Of a stretch of 64,000 nt of DNA, positions 20,383 through 30,925 are shown piece after piece (within the stretch, counting starts at the first letter, position 1; each line of letters starts with the position of its first letter). The position numbers and the translations under genes are program-made. The DNA is taken from contig JBJKQR010000084.1 in assembly GCA_046735395.1 (NCBI GenBank), positions 1-64,000 of the forward strand, given 5' to 3'. Below the pieces are notes generated by a model, which was not told where the DNA came from, did no database searches, and saw only the letters and a program-made list of their open reading frames with translations. This DNA is from Fidelibacterota bacterium. Its GTDB lineage: Bacteria > Fidelibacterota > Fidelibacteria > Fidelibacterales > DSDE01.

Positions 20383-22491
20383 GTGGAAAAACGCTTCACG
20401 GTCACCGAAATTTTTGCCGAAAACGTTTTCAATGAAAATGTAATGAAGGAACGGCTTCCCAAGGTTGTCTACAGGAAGCTCAAGGAAGTGATTGACAATT
20501 CAAGTCCCCTGGACCCGGCCATTGCCGAGATCGTGGCCAATGCCATGAAGGACTGGGCCATTGAGCGGGGTGCCACCCATTACACGCACTGGTTTCAGCC
20601 TCTTACCGGCATCACCGCCGAAAAGCATGACAGTTTCATCAGCCCCAGCAACGGCGGTACCATCATCATGGAATTTTCCGGAAAGGAACTCATTCAGGGT
20701 GAACCGGATGCCTCCTCATTCCCGAGCGGCGGAATCCGAAGCACCTTCGAAGCCCGCGGCTACACTGCCTGGGACGCCACATCACCGGCATTCATCAAGG
20801 AAGACAAGCGCGGCGCCACCCTCTATATTCCCACCGCCTTCTATTCCTACACCGGAGAGGCCCTGGACAAGAAGACACCCCTTCTGCGTTCCAATGAAGC
20901 CATCGGACAGGCCTCCCTGCGGATTCTGAAACTTTTTGGAAACACGACGGTACATCGTGTGATTCCTTCGGTCGGCCCCGAACAGGAATATTTCCTCATC
21001 GACAATAAATATATCAGCCGCCGATTGGATCTCCAGCTCACCGGCCGTACACTGTTCGGCAGCAAGGCTCCCAAAGGCCACGAACTGGATGACCATTATT
21101 TCGGATCCATCAAGGAACGAATCGCAAATTTCATGTCGGAACTGGATTTTGAGCTGTGGAAACTGGGCGTCAGCGCCAAAACCCGTCATAACGAAGTGGC
21201 CCCGGCTCAGTACGAGCTGGCCTCCATTTATACGAATGTGAATGTGAGTACAGACCAGAATCAGGTCGTCATGGATACGATGAGAAAAATCGCCAAACGG
21301 CATGGGATGACCTGCCTACTGCATCCCAAACCCTTTGCCGGGATCAACGGCAGCGGCAAGCACAACAACTGGAGCCTGATGACCGATGACGGCACGAATC
21401 TCCTGGATCCCGGCGTCACACCCGGTGACAATGCCCAGTTCCTGCTGTTCCTCATGGCTGTGGTGAAGGCTGTGGATGATTACGCGGATCTGGTGCGTCT
21501 CGCGGCAGCCGATCCGGGAAACGATTATCGCCTCGGCGGAAACGAAGCCCCTCCGGCTATTATTTCCATCTATCTCGGCGAACAGCTAACCCAGATTCTG
21601 GAAAGTATTTCAAAAGGTGAAAAACACCGGGAAAAAGCGAACGGACACATCACCGTGGGCGTCACAACCCTGCCGCCCCTACCCCGAGACGCCACGGACC
21701 GGAACCGCACATCCCCTTTCGCCTTCACAGGAAATAAATTCGAATTCCGCATGGTAGGTTCCTCCTCCTCCCTGTCCCGGCCAAATATGATCCTGAATAC
21801 CATCGTTGCCGATACCCTGTCCGGCTTTGCCGAATTTCTGGAAAAAAGCGCCGATCTGAATTCGGGAATACAGCAGCTCATCGCAGAAACCTATAAAAAG
21901 CACAAACGGATTATTTTCAACGGTGACGGATATTCGGCAGACTGGACCCGCTTGGCTGAAGAACGTCAGCTGCCCATCCTTCGCACCATGCCCGAAGCGC
22001 TGGACGCCTTCCTGGCTCAGAAGAATATTGATGTATTTGCCCGCAGCGCGGTGCTCAGCCTTTCTGAAATGCAGGCCCGTCATCAGGTTTTCATGGAAGT
22101 GTATATCAAACAGAACCTGATCGAAAGCAATACCATGATCTCCATGGCCTCCCGCCAGATCATCCCGGCCATCATTCGCTTCCAGAAGACTCTGGTTGAC
22201 ACCGTCCTGGGTTTCAAGGCAATAGAACTGGACGCAGCAGCTCAGACCAAACTTCTGGAAAGAATCAATGATCTGCTGAAGGAAATGACAGCGTCGCTTG
22301 AAGACCTGACACGCATCACAGCCGAAATTGAAAAAACTCAGGAAAAGGCCGCAGATGCCATGGCCATGATCAAGAACAGAATGCTGCCCAAGATGCTGGA
22401 ACTGAGACAGCGGGCCGACACACTCGAATCCCTGTGTGATGCGGAATACTGGCCTCTGCCCACCTACGCCGAAATGTTATTCGATTTTTAA
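20383..22491 (+). CDS. glnA: Glutamine synthetase type III
   Basis: [71 protein letters not shown]. Confidence 0.96.
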   Translation: MEKRFTVTEIFAENVFNENVMKERLPKVVYRKLKEVIDNSSPLDPAIAEIVANAMKDWAIERGATHYTHWFQPLTGITAEKHDSFISPSNGGTIIMEFSGKELIQGEPDASSFPSGGIRSTFEARGYTAWDATSPAFIKEDKRGATLYIPTAFYSYTGEALDKKTPLLRSNEAIGQASLRILKLFGNTTVHRVIPSVGPEQEYFLIDNKYISRRLDLQLTGRTLFGSKAPKGHELDDHYFGSIKERIANFMSELDFELWKLGVSAKTRHNEVAPAQYELASIYTNVNVSTDQNQVVMDTMRKIAKRHGMTCLLHPKPFAGINGSGKHNNWSLMTDDGTNLLDPGVTPGDNAQFLLFLMAVVKAVDDYADLVRLAAADPGNDYRLGGNEAPPAIISIYLGEQLTQILESISKGEKHREKANGHITVGVTTLPPLPRDATDRNRTSPFAFTGNKFEFRMVGSSSSLSRPNMILNTIVADTLSGFAEFLEKSADLNSGIQQLIAETYKKHKRIIFNGDGYSADWTRLAEERQLPILRTMPEALDAFLAQKNIDVFARSAVLSLSEMQARHQVFMEVYIKQNLIESNTMISMASRQIIPAIIRFQKTLVDTVLGFKAIELDAAAQTKLLERINDLLKEMTASLEDLTRITAEIEKTQEKAADAMAMIKNRMLPKMLELRQRADTLESLCDAEYWPLPTYAEMLFDF

Positions 22492-22533
22492 ATTGCCGAT
22501 GTGAAAAAAGCTGGCTAAATTTGCCGCCGGCAA

Positions 22534-22604
22534 GCGGGTGTAGTTCAATGGCAGAACATTAGCTTCCCAAGCTAAATACGGGGGTCCGATTCCCCTCACC
22601 CGCT
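22534..22604 (+). tRNA. tRNA-Gly(CCC), CCA not encoded
   Basis: Cloverleaf: acceptor GCGGGTG/CACCCGC, D-arm GTTC/GAAC, anticodon arm TTAGC-TTCCCAA-GCTAA, T-arm GGGGG-TCCGATT-CCCCT, discriminator U. Confidence 0.93.
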
Positions 22605-22672
22605 CTCGATTCCCATCCTGTCGCCCATGATCCAATAATGCACTCATCCCGATCCGAATTTTTATGATCAAT

Positions 22673-22700
22673 AAAAAACGGCCCTCCGGAGAGGGCCGTT
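22673..22700 (-). terminator. Rho-independent terminator of the large secreted-protein gene
   Basis: AACGGCCCTC-CGGA-GAGGGCCGTT perfect stem with a U tract on the minus strand. Confidence 0.85.
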
Positions 22701-22729
22701 CCATGTTCACAATTATGCAGCCGAACAAA

Positions 22730-25700
22730 TCAGCGCATGAGCACCATTTTGTTCATCATGATTTTCTGTCCGGCAGTGAGTTTATAGAAATAGACTCCTG
22801 AACTCACCTGACGCGAGGCCGCATCACGGCCATTCCAGATGTAGCTGTAGTTACCCGCATCCAGATTGTCATGTACCAGGGTCGTTACCACGTTTCCGAG
22901 CGCATTATAGATAACAAGGTTTACCGAACTGGCTTCAGGCAGGCTGAAACCGATAGTTGTGGTTGGGTTGAAGGGATTGGGGAAATTCTGTTTCAGCGCA
23001 TATTCGGTAGGAATCGTGCTGTTGTCAAGCCCTGTAACCGTATTGACGGAAACCAGCGCCGGATCGGAATGATTTTCCGAAAAATCACTGGCAATAATCT
23101 GGTAATCCTGGATTCCGGTCAGTCCCTGGGTATTATCCAGATATTCCGTTTCAGTCGTATTGGCCAGAAATTCGAAGGTTCCGTCACTGGCTTTCCGGTT
23201 GATGGTGTAATATTTGACAGGTTCCACATTATCACCGCTCCAGCTCAGAAGAATACCGTCAGCGCCGGAAGAACCCTTGGCCTTTCCGGGTACGGAAGGC
23301 GGCAGATTATCAATGGCCTGGCCTTCCACCTCACCGGAATAATAGATACCTCCGCACCAGCCAACCGCCACAACCTGGAACCGTAACAGGTCATTGGTTC
23401 CCACATTGGCCTCATAATGATACATCTGCTGATCTTCAGAGAATGCATCCGGCATCACCGTCTCGCCTGTGCGCCAGAAGGGATCACTGGGGGTTTTCCA
23501 CGATACAAGATAGTTCTGGATACCGCAGTTGCTGTTGGTCATGGGCGCCCAGTCGACCCAGACTGCGCCGCCATGATCCGCACCGCCGTGTTCCGCATCC
23601 TTGTCATAGACAGCCTGGATGGAGAATCCGAAATTATAATTTTCCGGCCACAGCGCAATATCATAGATACGGTTTTCCGTGAAATAATCATAGTTCCAAT
23701 ACCCGTAGAAACCCGGGGCCTCGCAGTAGATATCATAACTGTCACGCAGAATATTCAGGCTGTAGTTCCCTCCGTCATGAGAGTTGGTATAGGCCAGATA
23801 ATCCCATGTTTCGAACATGATGAAGGCGCCATCGACTCCGCCCTGATTGCTGTCATCACGAACCATACCCGTTATAGTAACCAGGCTGTCCGGATTTTCC
23901 AGCGGCATCAGCGTCAGATCGATGGTGAGACTGCCGTCCACCGTGTAATATTCATCGGCTTTGTAATAGCCGTTCGAACCGGCAGTCAGCTCATAATCGC
24001 CCGGATCCAGATACAGTTCATAATATCCGGTATCGCTGGTGAAGGAGATATAGCCCTGATCATAACTCCAGTTATAGGCCTGAACCAGGGCGCCGGGAAT
24101 GGGATTTCCCATATCATCCATCACAATTCCGTGAATCATATTCCGGTCATCCTTGCCGAAAAAGAAATCCAGCACCGGATTCGTGCTATACTGGTCCACA
24201 TTTACCCACTTTGAAGCGGGAGCTGAACTGCCGTCATTCGGATAGACAGTCAGGTTATAGCCGCCGAAGGGCACATCCCGGAATTCATAGGAACCGTCGG
24301 TCTTTGTATTTCCCATCTTGTAGATGTAGGTCCCGTCCCAGGCATAGCCTTCCAGTTCCGTCTGCAGTCCGGAAAGAGGATTGCTGTCCTTATCCCAGAC
24401 ATGGCCGGACACGCTTCCCTTGGTAACGGGTTTCTTGATGGCCAGATTCTTTTCAAATTCACCGCCGGCCAGGATACCCAGATCTTCCGTATAGGCCGGA
24501 AACATGTACATATCCGGGAAAAAGACTTCCAGCTGATAGTGCATACCGCTGACCAGATTCAGGTCATAATGTCCAAATTCATCCGTATTTGCACCATTAT
24601 CGAAATATCCTCCCATGCCTTTGGTGTAAATCATGGAATCCTGGGGCGTAAAGGCGTGGATATAGACATTCGGCAGCGGCTGCCCCGTATTCGCGTCCGT
24701 AACCACTCCGTAAATATGAACATCCGTTTCCACAACCACAAAGTTCACATCATTATCACCGCTGTTATAGGGCGGTTCTTTCAGGCGCTGAATCATCTGA
24801 GGGCCATTGCCCCATACATCCACCCAGTAACCGCCTTCCATCCAGCAGCCGTAGTCGTCGCAAACCTGATGTGTGTCCAGCGCGCTGGCGACGGGAAGCA
24901 TGTAATTTCCCATTTCATCCGTAAATGCCTGGCTCCATAAGGAACCGCTCTCCGCCCATGATTCGCCATGAACTTCATAACCAGGCAGGCCCGTACCGAT
25001 CATATCCGATACATTTCCGGAAATCTGTCCATCGCAGGCCATCGTCACCATATTCACCGTCGTATCCGCATCCTCCCATAAATCAATCTCAGTCCCATAG
25101 GGAACCAGATAATTCGGAAGAAGGTCATTCTCATTCACATTCAGATACCAGTATCCCGTGGTGATCTGAAAAGTGTAGTATCCCGATCCATCGGTGGTCG
25201 CACTCAGCGACGTCATATTCCCATCGAGATGCATCGTCACCCCGCTGATCGGGTTATTGTTTTCATCGGTCAGTGTTCCCGAAACCGAAGACAGACCCGG
25301 CATAAGCGTGAAATTTGTCGACGGCGGATCATCCGAAGGCTGTACCTCCTGATAGGACGGATCTGCAAACAGTCCGGGATAATTCTCCAGAACGTCAATC
25401 ACACTGACCTGAAAATAATCATAGGCGTAGGTCGTATCCACATGAAACGTGTAATATCCGTCCGCGTCGGTAAAAGCTGCATAGGCAATCTGATTCATGC
25501 CATCAGGGCCACCCATTCCCATCGTATCTGTATAGGAGGATGTAAATCCCAGGACCAGAACCTGTGCTCCCTGGCCATCACTCGTTGATACCCTACCGTA
25601 CATTGCGTAGTTAGATGTGGACGGAGAAGACATGGCCACCGCCATTCCCGTATCTCCGGTGGTCAGATCGGTTCCCACTACGTAAATAATACAATTTTCA

Positions 25701-26239
25701 ATACCGAAAAACGGGCCGTCCATCATCATATTGGAGGGAAAGGAAATTTCAAAAATTCCGGGATCCGGATTCATGTCAGGATCCATATTATCCGCCGCAA
25801 TGACCGGGTTGCCCGGATCTCCCATCAGAAAATCCGTTCCGGGATCAAAGATGCTGTCACCGTTATCGACATAAAATTCAAGTTCCACTTTTCCGCTGGT
25901 CAGGATCGTGAAATCGATCATATCACCCACATTATAGTGCAGGGTATCCTGGCCGCCGAACTGCATCACCAGCGTTCCTTTTGATGCATTCAGCTTTGTT
26001 GCCTTCTGATGAGACAGCATCAGATGTGAAACCCGCGAGTCCCTTTTCACCGGCGGCAGCGGCCGAAGGGTTTCATGCGTCCGCGGTGTATCTGCCGTTT
26101 TTACCGAAGTTTCCGGCTGAACCATCGTTTTGAGTATTCTGGCTTTTGTCACAGCGCGACTCGCATCCCGGGTATATTCACCGTACAGAGCCGAGAAAAC
26201 AAAAGTCAAAAAAATGAATGACAATACTGCTTTTTTCAT
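22730..26239 (-). CDS. Large secreted protein with tandem carboxypeptidase-regulatory-like beta-sandwich repeats, an FN3-like module and a C-terminal FlgD/T9SS type A-like sorting domain
   Basis: Signal peptide; repeated xxSGxVxD..GxPxxG motifs; C-terminal PTEYALKQNFPNPFNPTTTI...SSGVYFYKL...KMVLMR. Confidence 0.85.
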   Translation of the reverse strand: MKKAVLSFIFLTFVFSALYGEYTRDASRAVTKARILKTMVQPETSVKTADTPRTHETLRPLPPVKRDSRVSHLMLSHQKATKLNASKGTLVMQFGGQDTLHYNVGDMIDFTILTSGKVELEFYVDNGDSIFDPGTDFLMGDPGNPVIAADNMDPDMNPDPGIFEISFPSNMMMDGPFFGIENCIIYVVGTDLTTGDTGMAVAMSSPSTSNYAMYGRVSTSDGQGAQVLVLGFTSSYTDTMGMGGPDGMNQIAYAAFTDADGYYTFHVDTTYAYDYFQVSVIDVLENYPGLFADPSYQEVQPSDDPPSTNFTLMPGLSSVSGTLTDENNNPISGVTMHLDGNMTSLSATTDGSGYYTFQITTGYWYLNVNENDLLPNYLVPYGTEIDLWEDADTTVNMVTMACDGQISGNVSDMIGTGLPGYEVHGESWAESGSLWSQAFTDEMGNYMLPVASALDTHQVCDDYGCWMEGGYWVDVWGNGPQMIQRLKEPPYNSGDNDVNFVVVETDVHIYGVVTDANTGQPLPNVYIHAFTPQDSMIYTKGMGGYFDNGANTDEFGHYDLNLVSGMHYQLEVFFPDMYMFPAYTEDLGILAGGEFEKNLAIKKPVTKGSVSGHVWDKDSNPLSGLQTELEGYAWDGTYIYKMGNTKTDGSYEFRDVPFGGYNLTVYPNDGSSAPASKWVNVDQYSTNPVLDFFFGKDDRNMIHGIVMDDMGNPIPGALVQAYNWSYDQGYISFTSDTGYYELYLDPGDYELTAGSNGYYKADEYYTVDGSLTIDLTLMPLENPDSLVTITGMVRDDSNQGGVDGAFIMFETWDYLAYTNSHDGGNYSLNILRDSYDIYCEAPGFYGYWNYDYFTENRIYDIALWPENYNFGFSIQAVYDKDAEHGGADHGGAVWVDWAPMTNSNCGIQNYLVSWKTPSDPFWRTGETVMPDAFSEDQQMYHYEANVGTNDLLRFQVVAVGWCGGIYYSGEVEGQAIDNLPPSVPGKAKGSSGADGILLSWSGDNVEPVKYYTINRKASDGTFEFLANTTETEYLDNTQGLTGIQDYQIIASDFSENHSDPALVSVNTVTGLDNSTIPTEYALKQNFPNPFNPTTTIGFSLPEASSVNLVIYNALGNVVTTLVHDNLDAGNYSYIWNGRDAASRQVSSGVYFYKLTAGQKIMMNKMVLMR

Positions 26240-26387
26240 ACAACTCTCCTAACCTGTTTATTTTTTTATTCTGTCCTTCTCATCATTCTGCAAACAATCT
26301 ATTGCTATTCCTCTGCCATGTCAATACATCAGGGACAAGATGTGACGCAGGACAAACGGAAACCAGATGTAAATCACGTGAAAGCAG

Positions 26388-27662
26388 TTAGGCGAGATAC
26401 TCCCGGGCTGTTTTTTCACCTTCTTCGATATTGACACGATTCAGGAAAAACAAGCCGAGAATAAAGAGAATGAGTACGGACAGAATTCCGGTGCGGCTGT
26501 TCTTTGTCACCAGAGTAATCGTCCCCATGAGAATAGGGCCGAATACAACGGAGAATTTACCGAGCATATTGTAGAAGCCGAAAAATTCCGCCGCCTTGTC
26601 ACGTGGAATAATCCGGGTATAGAGGCTCCGGCTGAGGGCCTGGATACCGCCCTGAAAGAGGCCGATACAGATGGCCAGCGCGTAGAAATGCCATTCCTGA
26701 TTCATCAGATAACCCAGGATGGTAATGATGCTATACGCGACAATGGATACCATGATGGCTTTTTTTGTTCCGATTTTCGCAGCGAACCAGGCATAGAAAA
26801 GGGTTCCCGGCCAGGCAATGAACTGGGTGATGAGCAGGGCAGTGATCAATACGGAAGAGGCGAATCCCAGCGTGGCACCGTAATCCACAGCCATACGGAT
26901 AATCGTGTCCACACCATCCATATAGAACCAGTAGGCCAGCAGAAAAAGTCCCACGATCTTCAGATAACGGATTTCGCGAAGCGTGGAGAGCAGCTGCTTC
27001 CATCCCATGGCAAATGCTTCGCCGATTCCTGTGTTTTCATGAATCTTGGGTTCTTTCACAAATAACAGAATCGGAATGGAAAACACAGCCCACCAGACAG
27101 CCACGCTCAGGAAGGACAGCTTGATGGCCTGCGCCCCGTCCGCGATTCCGAACAGGCCGGGCTTCAGATACATGACCACATTGACGAGAAAAAGCAGGCC
27201 GCCCCCGATATATCCCATGGCAAATCCGAGGGATGAGACATAATCCGTTTTTTCCTCCGGCGCGACGGCGGGCAGCAGAGAATCATAAAAAATATTTCCT
27301 CCGGAAAATCCGATAGTGCCCACCACGTAAAAGAGTACAGCCATGGGCCAGTTTCCCTGCGCAACCATCCAGAGAGCTCCCGTACTGATGATGCCCAGAA
27401 ATGCGAAAAGCATGAGAAATTTCTTCTTGGCGCTGCCCCGGTCCGCCACTGCCCCCAGAAAAGGCGCCATCATGGCCACGATGATCGAAGCCAGCGAATT
27501 GGCAAGTCCCAGGTAAAAAGTGCTTCGTTCCGGTGCGGACGGATCAGACCAGTATGCCTTGAAGAATAAGGGAAAGAATCCGGCCATAACCGTCGTTGCG
27601 AATGCTGAATTCGCCCAGTCGTAGAGTGCCCACGAGCGTACAGTCTTTTTGTCATAGATCAT
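26388..27662 (-). CDS. MFS transporter (UMF1/Atg22-like family)
   Basis: SWALYDWANSAF, FYDSLLP, GYIGG, QALSRS, EFFGFY; about 12 TM segments. Confidence 0.9.
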   Translation of the reverse strand: MIYDKKTVRSWALYDWANSAFATTVMAGFFPLFFKAYWSDPSAPERSTFYLGLANSLASIIVAMMAPFLGAVADRGSAKKKFLMLFAFLGIISTGALWMVAQGNWPMAVLFYVVGTIGFSGGNIFYDSLLPAVAPEEKTDYVSSLGFAMGYIGGGLLFLVNVVMYLKPGLFGIADGAQAIKLSFLSVAVWWAVFSIPILLFVKEPKIHENTGIGEAFAMGWKQLLSTLREIRYLKIVGLFLLAYWFYMDGVDTIIRMAVDYGATLGFASSVLITALLITQFIAWPGTLFYAWFAAKIGTKKAIMVSIVAYSIITILGYLMNQEWHFYALAICIGLFQGGIQALSRSLYTRIIPRDKAAEFFGFYNMLGKFSVVFGPILMGTITLVTKNSRTGILSVLILFILGLFFLNRVNIEEGEKTAREYLA

Positions 27663-27921
27663 AAATTTCTCCTTCGCCGTCGTGTGAAACGGCCACTTGA
27701 GGTTCCCGGCACTGTGCCATACTTATTCATTTGCGGAAATTTACTTGAAACACAGCCCTGAAGGAAATGAAATTTTTTTCGGGAGTGATTCCGTCGTTGC
27801 CATGGTTGCCTTTAAAAAGAGGGTCGCAGTGTCAGTTCATCACATAAATTAAATGGACAGTTTCCATTTCGGACCGAATACTGTATATTCCCCAAACATT
27901 TTATTCAGGAAGGACAGATCA

Positions 27922-29175
27922 ATGCATACTCTGGCACACCATTCACGCAACACGGCCTGGATCATTCTGATACTGGCAGCCCTGATTCTGGGCACCAGCA
28001 GTCTCAGCGCCGCTCAGAAGGGCAGTTTCTTCAGCCGGATATTCCGGAAGACTCCGGAAGTCGAGCTGACTCACACATTGAAAAAGGCCAGAAAGGACAA
28101 AGCATGGCCGGGTGCCGTCCTGCTGGCGGGAACCAAAGATTCAGTTCTGTTTGTCATCCCCGAAGGATATGAGACCTATTCAGAAAAAAACAAGGTCCGC
28201 AGTGATGCCATGTTCGATATGGCCAGCATTACCAAGGTTATCTCCACCACGTCGGCAGTCATGAAGCTGTACGATGAGGGAAAAATCAATCTGGACGCCA
28301 AGGTTCAGGAATTCATCCCTCAGTTTACGGGCCCGGATTCACAGTCTACAGAATGGAAAAAGGACATTACTATTCGAAATCTGCTGACCCACACCGCCGG
28401 ATTACCGCCGTTCCGTCCCTTCTGGAAATATCCCGGAGGGATTGAAGGAAGGTTGGACAGTGTATACGCCACCGCTCTCGACACCGCACCGGGTGTTCGG
28501 TATGTTTATTCCGATATCAGCATGATTCTCATGGCAAAAATCGTGGAAAAGATCGCCGGTGAACCGATTGATGTCTTCAACCAGAAAAATATCTTTGGGC
28601 CGCTTGGAATGACATCCACCTGCTTCAATCCGGACAGCAGTGAATTTTACCGCATTATGCCTACGGAATATTCAGTACTGGAAAAAGGCTTCATCCGCGG
28701 TCACGTACATGATGAAAATGCCTACGGATTCGGAGGAGTTGCCGGGCACGCAGGCCTTTTTTCCACCGTGGAGGATCTGGGCAAATATAGCCGGATGATG
28801 CTCCGGAATGGCGTTATGGATAACGGTGAACGACTCTACAGTTCAGCTGTGATCGATACCTTCCGGCATCGGGCGAATATCATTCCCAACAATAGTCGCT
28901 GCCTTGGTTGGGACAGTCCAGGTGGCCCCGCGTCGGGAGGTGTATACATCAGCAATAACAGCATCGGACACACCGGATTTACCGGAACCTCGCTGTGGAT
29001 CGATTATGACAATGGCTTATATGTCATTCTGCTGACCAATGCCGTCCATCCGGATCGCAAATACAAATCGCCGAACTATTTCGACTGGCGCCAGAAGGTC
29101 CACTCTACCGTTTACGAAGTCCTGGGCCTCGATAAACGGAATCCGGATCTGCAGTGGCGTCGCCGCTGGCGCTGA
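27922..29175 (+). CDS. Exported serine hydrolase, beta-lactamase class C-like (AmiE-like)
   Basis: FDMASITK (SxxK), LLTHTAGL, YSD, GHVHDENA, GHAGLFS, GHTGFTGTSLWID; hydrophobic N-terminal signal. Confidence 0.88.
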   Translation: MHTLAHHSRNTAWIILILAALILGTSSLSAAQKGSFFSRIFRKTPEVELTHTLKKARKDKAWPGAVLLAGTKDSVLFVIPEGYETYSEKNKVRSDAMFDMASITKVISTTSAVMKLYDEGKINLDAKVQEFIPQFTGPDSQSTEWKKDITIRNLLTHTAGLPPFRPFWKYPGGIEGRLDSVYATALDTAPGVRYVYSDISMILMAKIVEKIAGEPIDVFNQKNIFGPLGMTSTCFNPDSSEFYRIMPTEYSVLEKGFIRGHVHDENAYGFGGVAGHAGLFSTVEDLGKYSRMMLRNGVMDNGERLYSSAVIDTFRHRANIIPNNSRCLGWDSPGGPASGGVYISNNSIGHTGFTGTSLWIDYDNGLYVILLTNAVHPDRKYKSPNYFDWRQKVHSTVYEVLGLDKRNPDLQWRRRWR

Positions 29176-29203
29176 GCGCAGAACTGATTTTTTGTGGTTA
29201 TGC

Positions 29204-29234
29204 AAAACGGCGGACTTCAGAGCCCGCCGTTTTT
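29204..29234. terminator. Bidirectional terminator between the serine hydrolase gene and metK
   Basis: AAAACGGCGG...CCGCCGTTTTT. Confidence 0.8.
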
Positions 29235-29263
29235 ATTATGACAGTATTTTTTGTTCTGGTGGA

Positions 29264-30427
29264 CTAACTGAGCAGTGTTTTCAGCTCTCCGGCTTTATCA
29301 GTCTTTTCCCAGCTGAATTCATTGCGGCCGAAGTGCCCGTAGTTGGCCGTACGCCGGAATATGGGCTTTTTCAGATCCAGTGACCGGACAATGCCGGCAG
29401 GTGTCAGATCAAAAATATCCCGCACGGCAGTAGTGATTTTGGCCAGATCCGCTTTTTCGGTACCGAAACCATCGATCATCACTGAAACAGGGTGCGGCAC
29501 ACCGATTGCGTAGGCCAGCTGAACCTCGCAGCGGTCACAGAGTTCTGCAGCCACAATATTCTTGGCAATGTAGCGGGCCATATAGGCAGCAGAGCGATCA
29601 ACCTTTGACGGATCCTTTCCGCTGAATGCGCCGCCACCATGACGTCCCATACCGCCATAGGTGTCCACAATGATCTTCCGTCCCGTGAGCCCGCTGTCTC
29701 CATGAGGACCTCCGATCACAAAACGACCGGTTGGGTTCACGAAATACACGGTTTTTTCATCCAGCAATCCACTGGGCTCCAGCACCGGTTTGATAATCTT
29801 CTCAATAATCGTTTCCCGCAATTCATCATAGGAAATATTATCATCATGCTGGTGAGAGACCACCACCGTATCAATCCGTTTTGCAGTATGCCCGTCATAT
29901 TCGATGGTCACCTGGGATTTGCTGTCCGGACGAAGCCAGGTAATATCACCATTTTTCCGCAGAACCGCCGCATCGGCAAGGATCTTATGGGCAAAGGCAA
30001 TGGGAGCGGGCATGAGTTCCTCGGTTTCACGACAGGCAAAGCCGAACATCATTCCCTGATCTCCAGCCCCCTGCTGTTCCTTGAACAGTCCCTTGCCGCT
30101 CACACCCTGAGAAATATCGGGTGATTGGGAATGGATCGTATTCAAAACTGCCATTGATGAATAATCCAGACCGTATTCGGGTCTGTCATAACCAATTTTT
30201 TTCACGACTCCGCGGGCAACGTCCTGAATATCCACGTAGGTATTCGTTGTAATCTCTCCGCCAACGAGGACCATGCCGGTCGTTGTAAAGCATTCGCAGG
30301 CAACCCTCGATTCAGGATCATCCGCCAGGCAGGCATCCAGCACTGCGTCGGAAATCTGGTCACAGATCTTATCCGGATGTCCCTCACTGACAGATTCAGA
30401 GGTAAACAGATATTTTTCTTCCTTCAT
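29264..30427 (-). CDS. metK: S-adenosylmethionine synthetase
   Basis: [49 protein letters not shown]; start at ATG 30427. Confidence 0.98.
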   Translation of the reverse strand: MKEEKYLFTSESVSEGHPDKICDQISDAVLDACLADDPESRVACECFTTTGMVLVGGEITTNTYVDIQDVARGVVKKIGYDRPEYGLDYSSMAVLNTIHSQSPDISQGVSGKGLFKEQQGAGDQGMMFGFACRETEELMPAPIAFAHKILADAAVLRKNGDITWLRPDSKSQVTIEYDGHTAKRIDTVVVSHQHDDNISYDELRETIIEKIIKPVLEPSGLLDEKTVYFVNPTGRFVIGGPHGDSGLTGRKIIVDTYGGMGRHGGGAFSGKDPSKVDRSAAYMARYIAKNIVAAELCDRCEVQLAYAIGVPHPVSVMIDGFGTEKADLAKITTAVRDIFDLTPAGIVRSLDLKKPIFRRTANYGHFGRNEFSWEKTDKAGELKTLLS

Positions 30428-30742
30428 CTTTTCTCTTTCTTTTTCACAGCTGAAAATTAGCGTTTTTTTCCCAATAATCAAAGCCCCGCCTTTCATTAAG
30501 AAAGACCGCCGAGAATCCGGATCAGCCCGCTCATCAAAGTCTCTCCCGCAGCTAATCTGCTATATGACGATTCATAAATAGATATAAATCGGATGCAATC
30601 GAGTTCGATTCCTCCATACACTCGGAATGTGAAACATATTAAAACGGCTGTTCCTGCGAATATTCATGAAATAACACACATAATTAACTATTTGTTATAA
30701 CATCTGTTACTCCGGATAATCTTGCTGAATTAACAGAAATGG

Positions 30743-30824
30743 GCAATGATTTCCATTTTATTATTGATAATAATTACTATTTGTAATAAAAACTATTGAA
30801 AGCAGATTTCTTTGGCCGTATATT
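30743..30824 (+). promoter_or_regulatory. sodB promoter (TTGAAA-17-TATATT) with upstream Fur/PerR-like boxes
   Basis: -35 at 30796-30801 and -10 at 30819-30824; AATGATTTCCATT and TGATAATAATTACTA resemble Fur-family operators. Confidence 0.55.
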
Positions 30825-30925
30825 GTAACTAAGATGAAAAAGAATAGGAACAGAATAGTGCGAAGGAACAGGATGAGGCAATCCGTTCTCCGCACCTTTC
30901 CGACAACAATCAAAGGAGGCAAATC

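Noticed and set aside
22605..26300. Possible tRNA-anchored genomic island
   Set aside because: No integrase and no distal duplicate of the tRNA 3' end was seen
30530..30552. GCGGGAGAGAC resembling the start of a glycine riboswitch or SAM-I core
   Set aside because: The downstream conserved elements (CGCCGAAG/CUCAGG, or AUC..GAU with GCAAC) are absent
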